Below, in pieces: positions 38,627 through 49,017 of a stretch of DNA of 64,000 nucleotides (its first letter is position 1; every line of letters begins with the position of its first letter). The stretch is taken from contig OZ242260.1 of assembly GCA_965207065.1 (NCBI GenBank), positions 3,136,001-3,200,000 of the forward strand. The letters are read 5' to 3'. Origin of the DNA: a bacterium (lineage in GTDB: Bacteria > UBA8248). The position numbers were made by a program, and so were the translations under genes. The notes under the pieces are model-generated. The model was not told the DNA's origin and did no database searches. It saw only the letters and a list, made by a program, of their open reading frames with translations.

Positions 38627-41434
38627 CTACATTTCCATCGTGCGTGCAGAGCGGATCTTCTTCATCTCCTGCGTCCGCCGCTCCATGGATTGAGCCGCCT
38701 CGTTCGTTCTCCCAGCGTCCCTGGGTCTGTCTCCGAACGCTTCCAGGGCCGCGATACGCTCCCCCGTCGCGGCTTCGAGTCGCTCGCGCAGTGCGTTCGC
38801 ATCGTCGGTCACGAGTTCCGCCCGGTCGCGTGCGCGGCTGATCTCGACGTAGAGCGTCTTCTGGTTGGTGAGATTGGGATGGTTGGCCTCCATGGCGGCG
38901 ATGACGGTATCGACCGTCCGACCCTGGAAGGCGTGCACGGTCGAGGCCCAGGCGCGGTCGACGTGGCGAATCTGCGGGTCGGCGCCGGTCATGTCGAGTG
39001 CGCGCCCGTCCTCGAGACGGAAACTGACGCGGTCTCCCCTGACGCTCGTCACCTCCGCGGTCTGGCTGTTGACCAGGCCCAGGTCCTTGTCGTTACGGGT
39101 CCATCGGACCCGGTCGCCGCTTCGAAACTCCATCTGCTCGACCCGGTAGACCTCGACCCCGCCGCTTCGCGCCGCGAGACGGCCCGGCTCCCAGCGGACT
39201 TCCCTTCCGTCTTTTCCTTCCAGCACGACCGCGCCGCCTTTGTGATCCACGCCCGTCACACGTAGTTCGTCTCCCTTTTCGACGCCGAGGCGCTTGTAGG
39301 GACGGTGGAAGGCGACCACGTCGCCGGGCGCGTAGTTCGCGGAGAGCGATTTCTCGGGGTTGGTGTAGCCGCGCGAGACGAGGCGTTCCGATTCCAGGGC
39401 CGGGCCGTGGACGACGCCGTCCCGGATAAGTCGCTCGCGGACGATGGCGTTGATTTTCTCGCGAATCGCATGGCTCGGCGCCATGAGGCCCGCCCGTTCT
39501 CGCGCCTCGGGCGACAGCGCTATCCAACGCGCGGCGGCGGCGCCCGCGAGGTTGTCGGGCTTGACTTCGGCCACGTTCGAGCCGAGTTTTTCGAAGGCGC
39601 GCTTGACGTCGCCTGCGAGGGTGGCCTCTACGGCGGCTTTGAGATCGGGGTCGCGCTGGCGCATGATCTCCTTCATCACCGCGGTCTTCATGCCCGCCGA
39701 CTGTAGCTGTGCGAATGGTTTGCCGGCGTCTACGGCGCCTAATTGTTTCGCATCGCCCACCAGCACGACCCGGGGCAGGCTTAAGGTCTCCGCGATGCGC
39801 AAGAGTTCGCGCATCTCGCGCGTCGATGCGAGGGAGCCCTCGTCCACCACGAGGGCGGTCTTGCCGTAGTCCGCGCGCATCTGCTTCCGGGCCTTCCTCG
39901 TAAGGCGGCCCTGGGCGACCCCGGCGTTTCGCGCCAGGAAACGCTGCAGCGTCTCGCTCGCTATGCCGGCTTCCGATTCGAGCGTCCTTGCGGCGGAGGC
40001 CGAAGGCGCAAGTCCCCGGACCTCGAAGCCGCGCTTCTCAAAAAGCGCGCGGGCGCGTCTCAGCATCGCGGTCTTTCCGGTTCCTGCGTAGCCCTGCACG
40101 CCGATGACGCGGTCTTTTTCTGAAAGAATCAACTTGACCGCATCGCGCTGGCCCGTTGTCAGCGGACCGTTTCGCAAGGACTTGTCCACGGCGCGTGGGC
40201 GCATGGCGGGCACGCCTCGACCGCATCCGGATTTCAGGAGGGCGATGGTCTCTCGCTCCTCGGCCACCGCCTTGTCCGTCGTGAGCATGTCCTTCCGGCT
40301 CGAAAGGTCCGCCGCGTGCAGGACGCTTGTATTTTCCAGTCTCGCCACCTCGCGCTCGGCGCCTGCCATCGACACCGCGCCCGGCCGCCAGGCGAGTGCG
40401 CCTGCGAGGAGGGCGGAACGGTCGAAGACCGCCTCTCGTTCCGCGAGGTGCGCCACGGCCCACTCCACGGCCTCGCGGGCGGGTTCCGCTTCCCTGGATG
40501 GAGCGCTCCTCGTCATCGCTTCGGCCGCCAGGGTCCCGGCGTCGAAGCCCAGGTCCTTCGCCTGCTTCTCCCAGGCGGCCGTCAAGGCCTCCTTGCCGAC
40601 TTCACGCTTGCGCGCCCTCGTCATGAGCGCCGCACGCTGGGCTGCGCGCTGGTTCTCGGCCGTCGCGCCGAGTCCCCGCTCGGCCATCGCCTTCTCGATC
40701 TCGACACGTCTTGTCGAGAACGCCTCGATCACGTCTCTCGGGACGCCCGCGACCTCGAAGCGCCCGTCGGCATGGGTCTTTTCGATACGATATCCGATGG
40801 CTCCGAGTTCTCTGGCGAGTTCGGTCCGGTACATCGCGCCCGTGAGCATCTTGTGCGCGTAGAGTTTCTCGTTGGACATCGTGCGCCACTTGCCGTCCGC
40901 ACCACGCACCATGTTGGCTACAACTGAGTGCGTGTGGATCATGGGGTCGAGGTTGCGCGACGTATCGTGCCGGAAGGTCGCGACCAGTGTTTTCTGGTCC
41001 CCCAAACGGACCATCTGTCCGGTCTTGGGCTCGCTCATCCTGGTCTCGGCGACGTTTCGATCGACCCAGGCGAGGGTGCGCGATACGGCCGCATCGTGCG
41101 CCCTGATTACGCGCGCGTCGCCGCCCACGAGAGCCAGGAGGGAGACGGATTTGGGCGCCGAGAGGGTGAGGTCGCGGCCGGGACGGTGGTGGAGTTCTCC
41201 GTCCTTGCCCCTTCGTCCGAGCCTTTGTCCCGAACCGTCGGGCACCACGCCTTCGAGCACCGCGCGGAATACGTCCGGGTCGACCGGACCCGAGAGGCCC
41301 AGGTCCTCAGCGCCCCTACCGCGCCAGGCGCTCGCCTCCCGGTGCGCCGGGTCGTCCTTCGCGTAGTAGCCGTCGCGCTCGTAGTAGGACGCCCCCTGCG
41401 CGGGAGCGGCGACGGCGCCGATCGATGCGACCAT
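38627..41434 (-). CDS. traI: MOBF (TrwC/TraI-type) relaxase-helicase
   Basis: SYYERDGYY, DLTLSAPKSVS, HDTSRNLDPMIHTH, QGYAGTGKT, VDEGS, TVHAFQG. Confidence 0.96.
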   Translation of the reverse strand: MVASIGAVAAPAQGASYYERDGYYAKDDPAHREASAWRGRGAEDLGLSGPVDPDVFRAVLEGVVPDGSGQRLGRRGKDGELHHRPGRDLTLSAPKSVSLLALVGGDARVIRAHDAAVSRTLAWVDRNVAETRMSEPKTGQMVRLGDQKTLVATFRHDTSRNLDPMIHTHSVVANMVRGADGKWRTMSNEKLYAHKMLTGAMYRTELARELGAIGYRIEKTHADGRFEVAGVPRDVIEAFSTRRVEIEKAMAERGLGATAENQRAAQRAALMTRARKREVGKEALTAAWEKQAKDLGFDAGTLAAEAMTRSAPSREAEPAREAVEWAVAHLAEREAVFDRSALLAGALAWRPGAVSMAGAEREVARLENTSVLHAADLSSRKDMLTTDKAVAEERETIALLKSGCGRGVPAMRPRAVDKSLRNGPLTTGQRDAVKLILSEKDRVIGVQGYAGTGKTAMLRRARALFEKRGFEVRGLAPSASAARTLESEAGIASETLQRFLARNAGVAQGRLTRKARKQMRADYGKTALVVDEGSLASTREMRELLRIAETLSLPRVVLVGDAKQLGAVDAGKPFAQLQSAGMKTAVMKEIMRQRDPDLKAAVEATLAGDVKRAFEKLGSNVAEVKPDNLAGAAAARWIALSPEARERAGLMAPSHAIREKINAIVRERLIRDGVVHGPALESERLVSRGYTNPEKSLSANYAPGDVVAFHRPYKRLGVEKGDELRVTGVDHKGGAVVLEGKDGREVRWEPGRLAARSGGVEVYRVEQMEFRSGDRVRWTRNDKDLGLVNSQTAEVTSVRGDRVSFRLEDGRALDMTGADPQIRHVDRAWASTVHAFQGRTVDTVIAAMEANHPNLTNQKTLYVEISRARDRAELVTDDANALRERLEAATGERIAALEAFGDRPRDAGRTNEAAQSMERRTQEMKKIRSARTMEM

Positions 41435-41435
41435 T

Positions 41436-43364
41436 TCAGAAGTTCCTCAGGCTATCGCTGTGTGGCTCCCCGGAGCCGTGCGTGTCGTTTCCGATGTTTT
41501 CCGGCAGGAGAGGAGCAGGGCCGCTTTCGTGATCATCGACTTGAGTCGTTTCTTCACCGGAGAGAACGTCCTCGGTTCCGGGCGCTTCGGTTCTCTCGTC
41601 TTCCTTCGGATCGGGAAGCGTCACGCCCTCTCTCGGGATGAAACTCTCGGCCGCCCCGGGCCTTTTCACGTAGTCGAGCCGGATTTGCGCCACGGGCCAG
41701 GGACCGGGGAATTTGAGGTAGCCGTCGAGATTTTCGAGGCGCATGATCTCGGAGGGCAACGCCAGTGGCCGCATCTCCCGGCGCTGCGTGAGCGAGACCC
41801 CGTCCCTCATGGCGCTCGCCCCGTAACTCAGGCCCTCCGCGTATTCGGTGACCTCGCCGCGGCCGAGACTCTCGGCCGACCAGCGCGCCGTCTCCTGGTC
41901 GGGCGCGGCCAGCACCACCCGGGTGCCGCAGAGACCCGATACGGTCTCGGCACCGTTTCGCCCGTACAAATCGCGCAGGGCGGAGATCACCTGGATCCCC
42001 AGCACGAAACACCCCCCGAACTGGCGGGATTCTGCGAGACCGGGTTGTAAGCTCGGCACCTGGTGGAGAGTGGGGAGTTCGTCGAGCACCACCCAGACAC
42101 GGCGCGCGTCGTCCCGGGCGAGGGACAGGAGCGCGTTCACGGCGATCTCGAGCCATGTCGAGATGAGTCCCCGGAGACTCGCGTGCTGGTCCCCCCGCGA
42201 GGTAAGGAACAGGAAGCCGGTCTCGTCCTCCCGCTCCACCCACTCCCTTATCGAAAAAGGCTTTCCCGAGTCGGGCAGGCACTCCAGCGCGCCCAGGTGC
42301 GCGGTCAGCATCGCCCGCACCGAGAGCGCGGTCTTGGGGTTCTCGGGATCCACGATGGACTGCGCCACCGTGCCCTCCATGGCCTCCGCGAGGGCAGTCA
42401 ACTCCGTCTTGAGCAGGTGTTTTACGAGTACGCTGTTCTCCGTCACACCGCGCTTCCAGAGGACGCCCGCGCCGTTCGCGAACAGCTGCCGCGCGGCCGT
42501 CACCCAGAAGGGGTCCACCGTGTCCTTCTGCTGGGGAATGAGCGCAGCCGCCATCGTATCGAAATCCCGCGGCGTCCTGGCTTCCAGGAAAGGCGACCAC
42601 CGCGGCGCCCGGGCGTCTAAGGGATTCATCAGCACGTCGCTGGCGGGGTCGAAGAACGCCCGCGTGTAGCTTCCCATCTTGTCGTAGAGGATGCAGCGCT
42701 CCCCCCGGGCGCGTATCTGCGCGACCAGGTCCGATATCAGAACGGTCTTCCCCGAACCCGTGGTGCCCGAGACGATGGTGTGCTGGGTCTCGGCGCGCTC
42801 GGGCCAGGGGACGCCCGCGATGCAGGGCGTGGACTTGCGCGCGGCCGGGAAGAATCTTCCCGCCAGGCGGGAGAAGAGAGGCGTAACGCGTCTCGCGAGC
42901 GCTCCCGCAGTCGTCATCTCCGCTCCCCGCACCCTGTGCGCCCTCGCCATGCGCCGGCCCAGCAGCCAGAAGAAGAGTGCAAAGAGCACGATGCCGCCCA
43001 GACCGAGCCAGAGGCCCATCCAGGCCCTGGCATGGACGGTATCGAGAATGCGTCTCCTGATCCGCTCGATCCTGGGATCACTTGCGATGAGAGATATCCG
43101 CTCCAGCGTCTTCTCGCCCTCGCTCCACTCGTAGGTCTGGCGCGAATCGGGGTCGAATTTCAGGCCGAGCTTGAACTCGGCGAGGGTTCCCATGCCCAGG
43201 ACGCGCCATTCATGCGCGCTCGTCGTCGTGAAGAGGCTCACCGCAGGGGTCAGGACGATGCTCAGGACGAGTCCTAAAATCCCCCAGCGGACCAATTGGC
43301 CCCACATGCGAGCGTCGTGGAGCAGCGTCTGGCCGCCGCGAAGGGTGGCGTTTCCAATGGTCAT
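41436..43364 (-). CDS. traD: Type IV coupling protein
   Basis: Two TM segments, SGTTGSGKT, LDELPTL, ESRQFGG. RBS AAGGAG before 43364. Confidence 0.94.
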   Translation of the reverse strand: MTIGNATLRGGQTLLHDARMWGQLVRWGILGLVLSIVLTPAVSLFTTTSAHEWRVLGMGTLAEFKLGLKFDPDSRQTYEWSEGEKTLERISLIASDPRIERIRRRILDTVHARAWMGLWLGLGGIVLFALFFWLLGRRMARAHRVRGAEMTTAGALARRVTPLFSRLAGRFFPAARKSTPCIAGVPWPERAETQHTIVSGTTGSGKTVLISDLVAQIRARGERCILYDKMGSYTRAFFDPASDVLMNPLDARAPRWSPFLEARTPRDFDTMAAALIPQQKDTVDPFWVTAARQLFANGAGVLWKRGVTENSVLVKHLLKTELTALAEAMEGTVAQSIVDPENPKTALSVRAMLTAHLGALECLPDSGKPFSIREWVEREDETGFLFLTSRGDQHASLRGLISTWLEIAVNALLSLARDDARRVWVVLDELPTLHQVPSLQPGLAESRQFGGCFVLGIQVISALRDLYGRNGAETVSGLCGTRVVLAAPDQETARWSAESLGRGEVTEYAEGLSYGASAMRDGVSLTQRREMRPLALPSEIMRLENLDGYLKFPGPWPVAQIRLDYVKRPGAAESFIPREGVTLPDPKEDERTEAPGTEDVLSGEETTQVDDHESGPAPLLPENIGNDTHGSGEPHSDSLRNF

Positions 43365-43530
43365 ACGATTCTCCTTTTTCATACTGTCTGCATGGTTGTG
43401 CTGCCGGCGTCTTGGCCTCGCGATGCGCCGCGCGGAGGCCGGGGAGAGAAGCCCGAGGGCGCGGGTGGAGGATCGAGAGAGAGGCTGCCGCGCCCGCATT
43501 CAGTCAACCCAAAACCAGGGAGGAACACCC

Positions 43531-43878
43531 ATGAAAAACCAAAAACCATCCACCAAGGTACGGATAATCGTCCTCTGTGGACCCCTCCTGGCGTTCATCT
43601 TCACCCTCCATGTCCTCGCGGGCGGAGGCGGCGCGGGTTTTCTCCCTGAAATCTGGTTCTGGACCGTCCTCTGGACCTTTCTCGCGGCGCTTGCGGGCGC
43701 CCTGTGGCGGGCGTACCGGGGGGACCGATCCGCCTTCGCCGGCTACGAGCTCCCCGAAGGGGACGGCGATCGTTTCGACTGGGGCACCCGTACCGGCCGC
43801 CACGCCTGGCGACGGGAATACGAGGAGGAAGGGCTTTATGACGGCGACGATTTCTCCGGTCACGGTCCCATCACCTGA
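43531..43878 (+). CDS. Small membrane protein convergent with traG (candidate entry exclusion)
   Basis: RBS GGGAGG, two hydrophobic helices, acidic tail. Overlaps the traG 3' end. Confidence 0.65.
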   Translation: MKNQKPSTKVRIIVLCGPLLAFIFTLHVLAGGGGAGFLPEIWFWTVLWTFLAALAGALWRAYRGDRSAFAGYELPEGDGDRFDWGTRTGRHAWRREYEEEGLYDGDDFSGHGPIT

Positions 43879-46787
43879 TCGCCAGAAAACCCGCTCCCGC
43901 CTCCGCTTTCCTTCTTCCTCTCCGGTTCGGGCACGGATTTCCTCTCATCCACTCCAGGCGCCGCGTTCCGCGCGGTGCCGTATAGATTCCCGCCCAGCCA
44001 TTCGCCGACGACGGGCAAGTCCTCCACGACGTGCTCCGCGAAGGGTTTCTCTGTCTCGGCTGCCACCTTGGGACGCCCCTGTTGGATGGACTCTCCCGTC
44101 ACGCCCCTGCGGGCTGCACGACCGGCTTCGCGGATGTCGAGTTCGGTCTCGATCTCCGCACGCCCGCGCGCAGCCCGTTCACCGGCGCCGCCCGGCCCGG
44201 GAGCGCCTGCGCCCCGCGCGCGTTCGCGCACCGATCCCGACCAGTCCGACCAGGCCGCGTCCGTCCCCCCCGCTTCGCGCAACCCTTGCCTCGCATGATC
44301 GAATCCTGCTCGACCCGGCGCCGGGTCAGGTCCTCCGCCTGCCGGAAAACGCTCGGCGATGAAGGCGGCGGCGTGAGAGCGAAGCACTTCCGCGTCTTCG
44401 GCCGTCTGCGGCGAGGCCAGGCGCATCGCGCCCGCTACGCCTATCTCGCGCCCGTCCGCTCCCTCCCGCTCGCTGAGCCATGTGAAAAAAGGCTGTCCGA
44501 GTTCGCTCTCGATAGCACGGGAGTTGCCGCGCACCTCCGCCGCCTGGCTCGACCAGTTCTCGGCTTCGCGCCTGCTCACCGCCTCCTGCTCGGAGAAGCG
44601 GCGCATCCGCGTGAGGTTCGCGCCCAGACTCTCATCCAGGCTCTTCATTTCGCTCTCGCCCGACGCCGCCGCGTAGCGTCTCGAGGCGTCTGAGACACGC
44701 GACCAGAGGTCGAGCAATCCATGCTGTCCCGCGTAGTCGGTCATCCGGTTCCATGCCTCGCGACCGATAGTCTGTCCCCGCCAGCTCGCAGACCCGTCGG
44801 CGCCTACCTTGACGATGAAGTCGAACCCCCCGCCCATCCTGGCCTCGCCCGTGAGGACGGCGGCCTGTTCCTTCGTGATGCCGCCGGCTTGCGAGAGTTT
44901 TTCGAGGTGTGATTCGAGTCGCTGCGCGCCCTGGTTCTCGCTCTCCGTCACGCCACGCGCGTGGGTGATGCCGCTCCGCACGTCGCTTGAGAATCGTTCG
45001 ACCATGGCGGCCGAATCCGTTGCGGCGGCCGTCCGCGCGTCAGCCGCTTCCGCCGAGAAGTGACGGGCCTGCTCGACAGCTTCGCCCGCCCGGACCTCGT
45101 GGCTCTGCGCGAGGGATTCCGAGAGCCTGACGCCCGCCGCAGGCACCCGGCTCGTGGCGGAACCCGCGTCCATCACGGCCGCGCCGTCGCCGGTCACGGT
45201 GTAGGCGGCGCCGCCCGGGGCGAAGCCCGTGTATCTCCCTGAGTCCACGTTCGCCGAGGTGCGAAGCTGGTGTCCCTCCATCGTCGCGAAGCGGTGCGTA
45301 TCCGCGCTCGTGTTTCCGAGCGAAATGTTGCCCGTTGCGCCTTCCTGGGCGGCGGACGAGGCCGCGTCCTGGCCGACCGACAGGACTGAGGTCGCCAGGC
45401 TCGTCGCCCGGCCCACCCCGTAGGCGAGGGCGGCGGCGAGAAAGGGCACCGACATCGAGAGGTAGCCCGACATCACCGCCACGTCGGCGGCCACGGCCCG
45501 GATCCCCGCCTGTGCGACGAGCGAGACGCCTATGTCCCCGCCCGGCATGAGCGCGCCCGCGCTCATGCGCTCCGCCGCCTCGCCCATGGCGACACGGTGC
45601 AGGATCGCGTAGAGCGGACCCCAGCTCTGGAGCCAGACGAGGCCCGAGAAGTAGGAGCGGAATATCGCCCCGCCCGCAGGCGTCAGCATCAGCAGGACCG
45701 CCATCGGGAACGCGCCCACGTAGAGGCACTCGAACACGACCCTGAGCATCGGCACCCAGGTCTCGGCCTGCCTGCCGATGGCCCGGTAGGCGGATACGGT
45801 CTGGGCCTCGGCGCGAGCCTCGGTATAGGATCTCAGCGCCGCTGCGTTCCCGGCCTCTGCGCTCCACTGCTCGCCCGCGTCGTGCATGGCGTTCAGCACC
45901 ATTTGCTGGCGCAGGACTTGGGCCGCGCTCCGCGATGCCCCGATCAGGTAGTCGTGCGCGGCGGGAAGCGCGGCCATCAGTTCCGCCTGGGCAAGCGCCT
46001 CGCTCGCAGCCCCCGGGAAGAGCCTCATCCCGAAGACGCCGGACGCCCTCGTGATCTCCGCCCCCCAAAGCGCGTTCAGGCGGGATGCGGCCGTGGCGCA
46101 GGTCACGATTTCGCGGTCCAGCGTCGTGGCGCCCGTGCCCGAGGCCGCGCCACGGGAGACGTATTCCACCATGCGCGCGGGCGAGGCGCCCGCCGAGGGC
46201 GAACCCGAAGCGGTGACTAGCGTCCAGAGGTCCGTGCTCTCGCGCAGGTCGTCGGCCGTTATGTGGCCCAGGAGCAGCGCGTGGAACACGCACTGTCTCG
46301 CGTAGGCCCTCATGTTCCTGGCGAAGACGGCGTCCGTCACCTCCATGCGGGTTACGGCGGCGGCGAGCCTCGCGCCGAAGATGAGCCCGTGGCGGCGGTA
46401 GGCGAGGTCGGCCGGAAGCGAGAAGGCCTGTTCGCTCAGTCGCGTGAGCCCGTCGCCCACCCGGCTCGTGAGCGATGCGAACAGAGCCAGGCCCAGCGGC
46501 ACGTTCGCCACCACGGCGGGCGCCAGGGCGGGGTCGAGCCTGTCCACCACGCGCACCGTTCCCTTCGGAACCACCAGCGCGCCCCACACGACGGTGAACA
46601 GCAGGAGCCATTTCGCGTTGTCCTTCCACGACCCCCCGAACGCGGTTCGGAACAGCGCCCAGGCGAGTCCCGTGACGCCCGCGATCTGCGCCAGCGTTAT
46701 AAAGGCGCCCCCGCCCGTGATGGCGGCGACCGCGTTCAGGAGGTCGACCAGGTAGGTCCCCCCGCCCAGGGTGAAGATTTCATACAT
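43860..46787 (-). CDS. traG: F-type mating-pair stabilisation protein TraG
   Basis: MYEIFTLGGG..LNAVA, VANVPLGLA, WLQSWGPLYAIL. Follows traH. Confidence 0.93.
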   Translation of the reverse strand: MYEIFTLGGGTYLVDLLNAVAAITGGGAFITLAQIAGVTGLAWALFRTAFGGSWKDNAKWLLLFTVVWGALVVPKGTVRVVDRLDPALAPAVVANVPLGLALFASLTSRVGDGLTRLSEQAFSLPADLAYRRHGLIFGARLAAAVTRMEVTDAVFARNMRAYARQCVFHALLLGHITADDLRESTDLWTLVTASGSPSAGASPARMVEYVSRGAASGTGATTLDREIVTCATAASRLNALWGAEITRASGVFGMRLFPGAASEALAQAELMAALPAAHDYLIGASRSAAQVLRQQMVLNAMHDAGEQWSAEAGNAAALRSYTEARAEAQTVSAYRAIGRQAETWVPMLRVVFECLYVGAFPMAVLLMLTPAGGAIFRSYFSGLVWLQSWGPLYAILHRVAMGEAAERMSAGALMPGGDIGVSLVAQAGIRAVAADVAVMSGYLSMSVPFLAAALAYGVGRATSLATSVLSVGQDAASSAAQEGATGNISLGNTSADTHRFATMEGHQLRTSANVDSGRYTGFAPGGAAYTVTGDGAAVMDAGSATSRVPAAGVRLSESLAQSHEVRAGEAVEQARHFSAEAADARTAAATDSAAMVERFSSDVRSGITHARGVTESENQGAQRLESHLEKLSQAGGITKEQAAVLTGEARMGGGFDFIVKVGADGSASWRGQTIGREAWNRMTDYAGQHGLLDLWSRVSDASRRYAAASGESEMKSLDESLGANLTRMRRFSEQEAVSRREAENWSSQAAEVRGNSRAIESELGQPFFTWLSEREGADGREIGVAGAMRLASPQTAEDAEVLRSHAAAFIAERFPAGGGPDPAPGRAGFDHARQGLREAGGTDAAWSDWSGSVRERARGAGAPGPGGAGERAARGRAEIETELDIREAGRAARRGVTGESIQQGRPKVAAETEKPFAEHVVEDLPVVGEWLGGNLYGTARNAAPGVDERKSVPEPERKKESGGGSGFSGDQVMGP

Positions 46788-46808
46788 GGATGGTCTCCCT
46801 CGCCGTCG

Positions 46809-48221
46809 CTATCGTGAGGCCCCGGCGCCGCGCGAGAAGGAGAGCGCAGCGCGCAGATCGGCCGAGAGAGCGCCGGCGAGTTCGGTCTCGATGAGACGGA
46901 GTTTTTCGACCACGGCGAGAGCGGTGTTGAAGCGTTTCAGACCCTCGTTCCGGTGGCGCGCGAGAGCGGTGCGGTTTCTTCTCAAACCCTCGCGCCAGCG
47001 CGTGAGACGCTCGCCGTCGGCGACGTCCATGGATCCCGCGCGCTCCTCGATCGCCCGGTGAAGGTCCGATATCCATACCTGGAGCACGTCGAGCGCCACC
47101 GCTTCGGCGAGCGCTTCCACCTCCTGTTCCACCACGGCGCCCCGGTAGGCGGCGGCCGCGTTCACGAGCCGGTAGACGGGCAATGTGGTGAGGTTGACGA
47201 GTCCCAGGGCGTCGGGCGGCGGCGCCGTGTCCGTCCGCACCGCGTCGACCAGGCGGCGGAGCAGTTCCGCGACCCGGTTCCGGAAGCCCCGCGCCGCAGG
47301 GACCGTGAGGCGTCCGAGCGTGGGGTTGAGACACTCGACGGGAGTGTCACAGCGGTAGACCGGCAGGTCGCCGGCGCCTTCCATCAACACCTCGGTCACT
47401 CTCCTGTCGAGCGCCAGGGGTTCGAGCACGCGTACGCGGGGACCGGAAGAATCAGCATCGGTGACAGGGGCGGTCACGATGATGGAACCGGATACGGACA
47501 TGGCGAACTCGCCCAGGTCTCGGTCCGAGGCCAGGAAGCCCGAGGCCCTGACTGCGCGCCAGGCGTAGTTCACGTTGACCGGCGCCTGTTCCTTGAGCGG
47601 CCCCGTGGCCGCGGCAAGGGTCGAATTGCGTTTCCCGTCCGCGCCGCAGCCGTGGCGGGCGGCGGCGTAGTCCGAAAAAATCCCCTGCCTGGTCCCTATC
47701 GCGGCGCAGATGGCCGCGCTCGCCCGGTCGTTCTTCGACCACACCGCGCCGACGAGCGCCTGGGCCGTCTCGCAGGAGTTTACGTTCTGGTTGTTCACCC
47801 ACTGGGCGAGCGCCCTCAGCTTCGACATGGTCTCGGCGATCACGGGCGAGATGGTCTCGAGCGCGAGTTCGAAGGCGAAGCCCGCCGCGTTCTGCGCGAC
47901 GGCGCGCGCGAAGGCGATCATCTGGTCCGAATCGATGAAGGAAAAAGCACCCGCGAACGCGTCGATGCCCCCGCAGCCCGCGCGGTATGAGGGTAGGCTC
48001 ACCGTCGCGATCGACTCGGAACGCACCGGCGCGCGTAGATACAAATTCCCGAGTGTCCAGTGGCCCGAAGCCTGGCCGTCGAAGGCGGTGGGTCCGGTGG
48101 TGTTCACGGCCGCGCCCCGCCAGAAGCTCTCCATCTCCGATAAAACGTCCGCGCGCGCCGGCGCGGCAAAAAGTAACGCGGCGCCCAGGATGAGCAGTAT
48201 GAAATTTCGTTTAGTAGTCAC
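46809..48221 (-). CDS. traH: F-type pilus assembly protein TraH
   Basis: NTTGP, LPSYRAGCGGIDAFAGAFSFI, NSCETAQALV. Confidence 0.94.
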   Translation of the reverse strand: MTTKRNFILLILGAALLFAAPARADVLSEMESFWRGAAVNTTGPTAFDGQASGHWTLGNLYLRAPVRSESIATVSLPSYRAGCGGIDAFAGAFSFIDSDQMIAFARAVAQNAAGFAFELALETISPVIAETMSKLRALAQWVNNQNVNSCETAQALVGAVWSKNDRASAAICAAIGTRQGIFSDYAAARHGCGADGKRNSTLAAATGPLKEQAPVNVNYAWRAVRASGFLASDRDLGEFAMSVSGSIIVTAPVTDADSSGPRVRVLEPLALDRRVTEVLMEGAGDLPVYRCDTPVECLNPTLGRLTVPAARGFRNRVAELLRRLVDAVRTDTAPPPDALGLVNLTTLPVYRLVNAAAAYRGAVVEQEVEALAEAVALDVLQVWISDLHRAIEERAGSMDVADGERLTRWREGLRRNRTALARHRNEGLKRFNTALAVVEKLRLIETELAGALSADLRAALSFSRGAGASR

Positions 48222-49008
48222 TTCCGACCTCCCTGGCGGTGAGGGCGAAGATGCGCTCGGCCAGCTGGTCTTCGGCGACGACGCCGTACGAGACCGGAAG
48301 CGCCTGACGGGTCTGCGTGTCGTAGAGGACGACGGCGGGCAGGACGGGAGCCTTAATGCCCAGCCGCGCGGCGCGGCCCTGGTCGGGGACCGCTTCGGGC
48401 CAGCCTTCGAGCGCCCCTCCCGTCATCGAGACGGCGAGCACCTCGAGCCCGTGGCGCTGCGCGAAGGCGCGAAGGAGGGGCCCGAAGACGCGGCATCCCG
48501 GACAGCGCTCGGATCCCAGGTAGATGAGGCCGTAACGCTCCCCGAGCTCCGCCAATGCCGCATTGCGCTCCGCCCGGCGCTCTTCCGTCCAGAGCCTCTT
48601 GGCGAGCGCGCCCACCGGGCGTCTCAGCGTGTAGTCGAGGGCGGGGTTCGCCCAGACCGCGCGGCGGAAGGCGTCCGAGAAGCTCGCCGCGCTCTGCAGC
48701 GTCTCCTGCTGGAGGCGCATGTAGGCCGTGACGTTGGCCGGTGTCGGCTCCAGGATCGCTTGCGCGCGGGCTTCTTCCAGCGCCCGGCGTGTCGCCATGA
48801 TGCGTTCGGTGGCGCTGGTAACCGGCGGCGCCTTCGTCGCCTGTGCTTCCTCTTCCGTTTCCTCCTCGATGCGGTCACAATAAAAATGCCAGCCGAGGGG
48901 AGAAGTCACCTTCGCGCCGCACCAGGAGCGCCATTCCCGAGCGTCTGCGGAGGCGGCGGAGAAGACGTAAAAAAGGCAGGCGAGTATGAGTGCGTACGTG
49001 TTGATCAT
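48211..49008 (-). CDS. traF: F-type pilus assembly thioredoxin-like TraF
   Basis: GWHFY, AILEPTPANV, CPGC, PVSYGVVAEDQL. Confidence 0.92.
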   Translation of the reverse strand: MINTYALILACLFYVFSAASADAREWRSWCGAKVTSPLGWHFYCDRIEEETEEEAQATKAPPVTSATERIMATRRALEEARAQAILEPTPANVTAYMRLQQETLQSAASFSDAFRRAVWANPALDYTLRRPVGALAKRLWTEERRAERNAALAELGERYGLIYLGSERCPGCRVFGPLLRAFAQRHGLEVLAVSMTGGALEGWPEAVPDQGRAARLGIKAPVLPAVVLYDTQTRQALPVSYGVVAEDQLAERIFALTAREVGSDY

Positions 49009-49017
49009 GGTCTCCCC

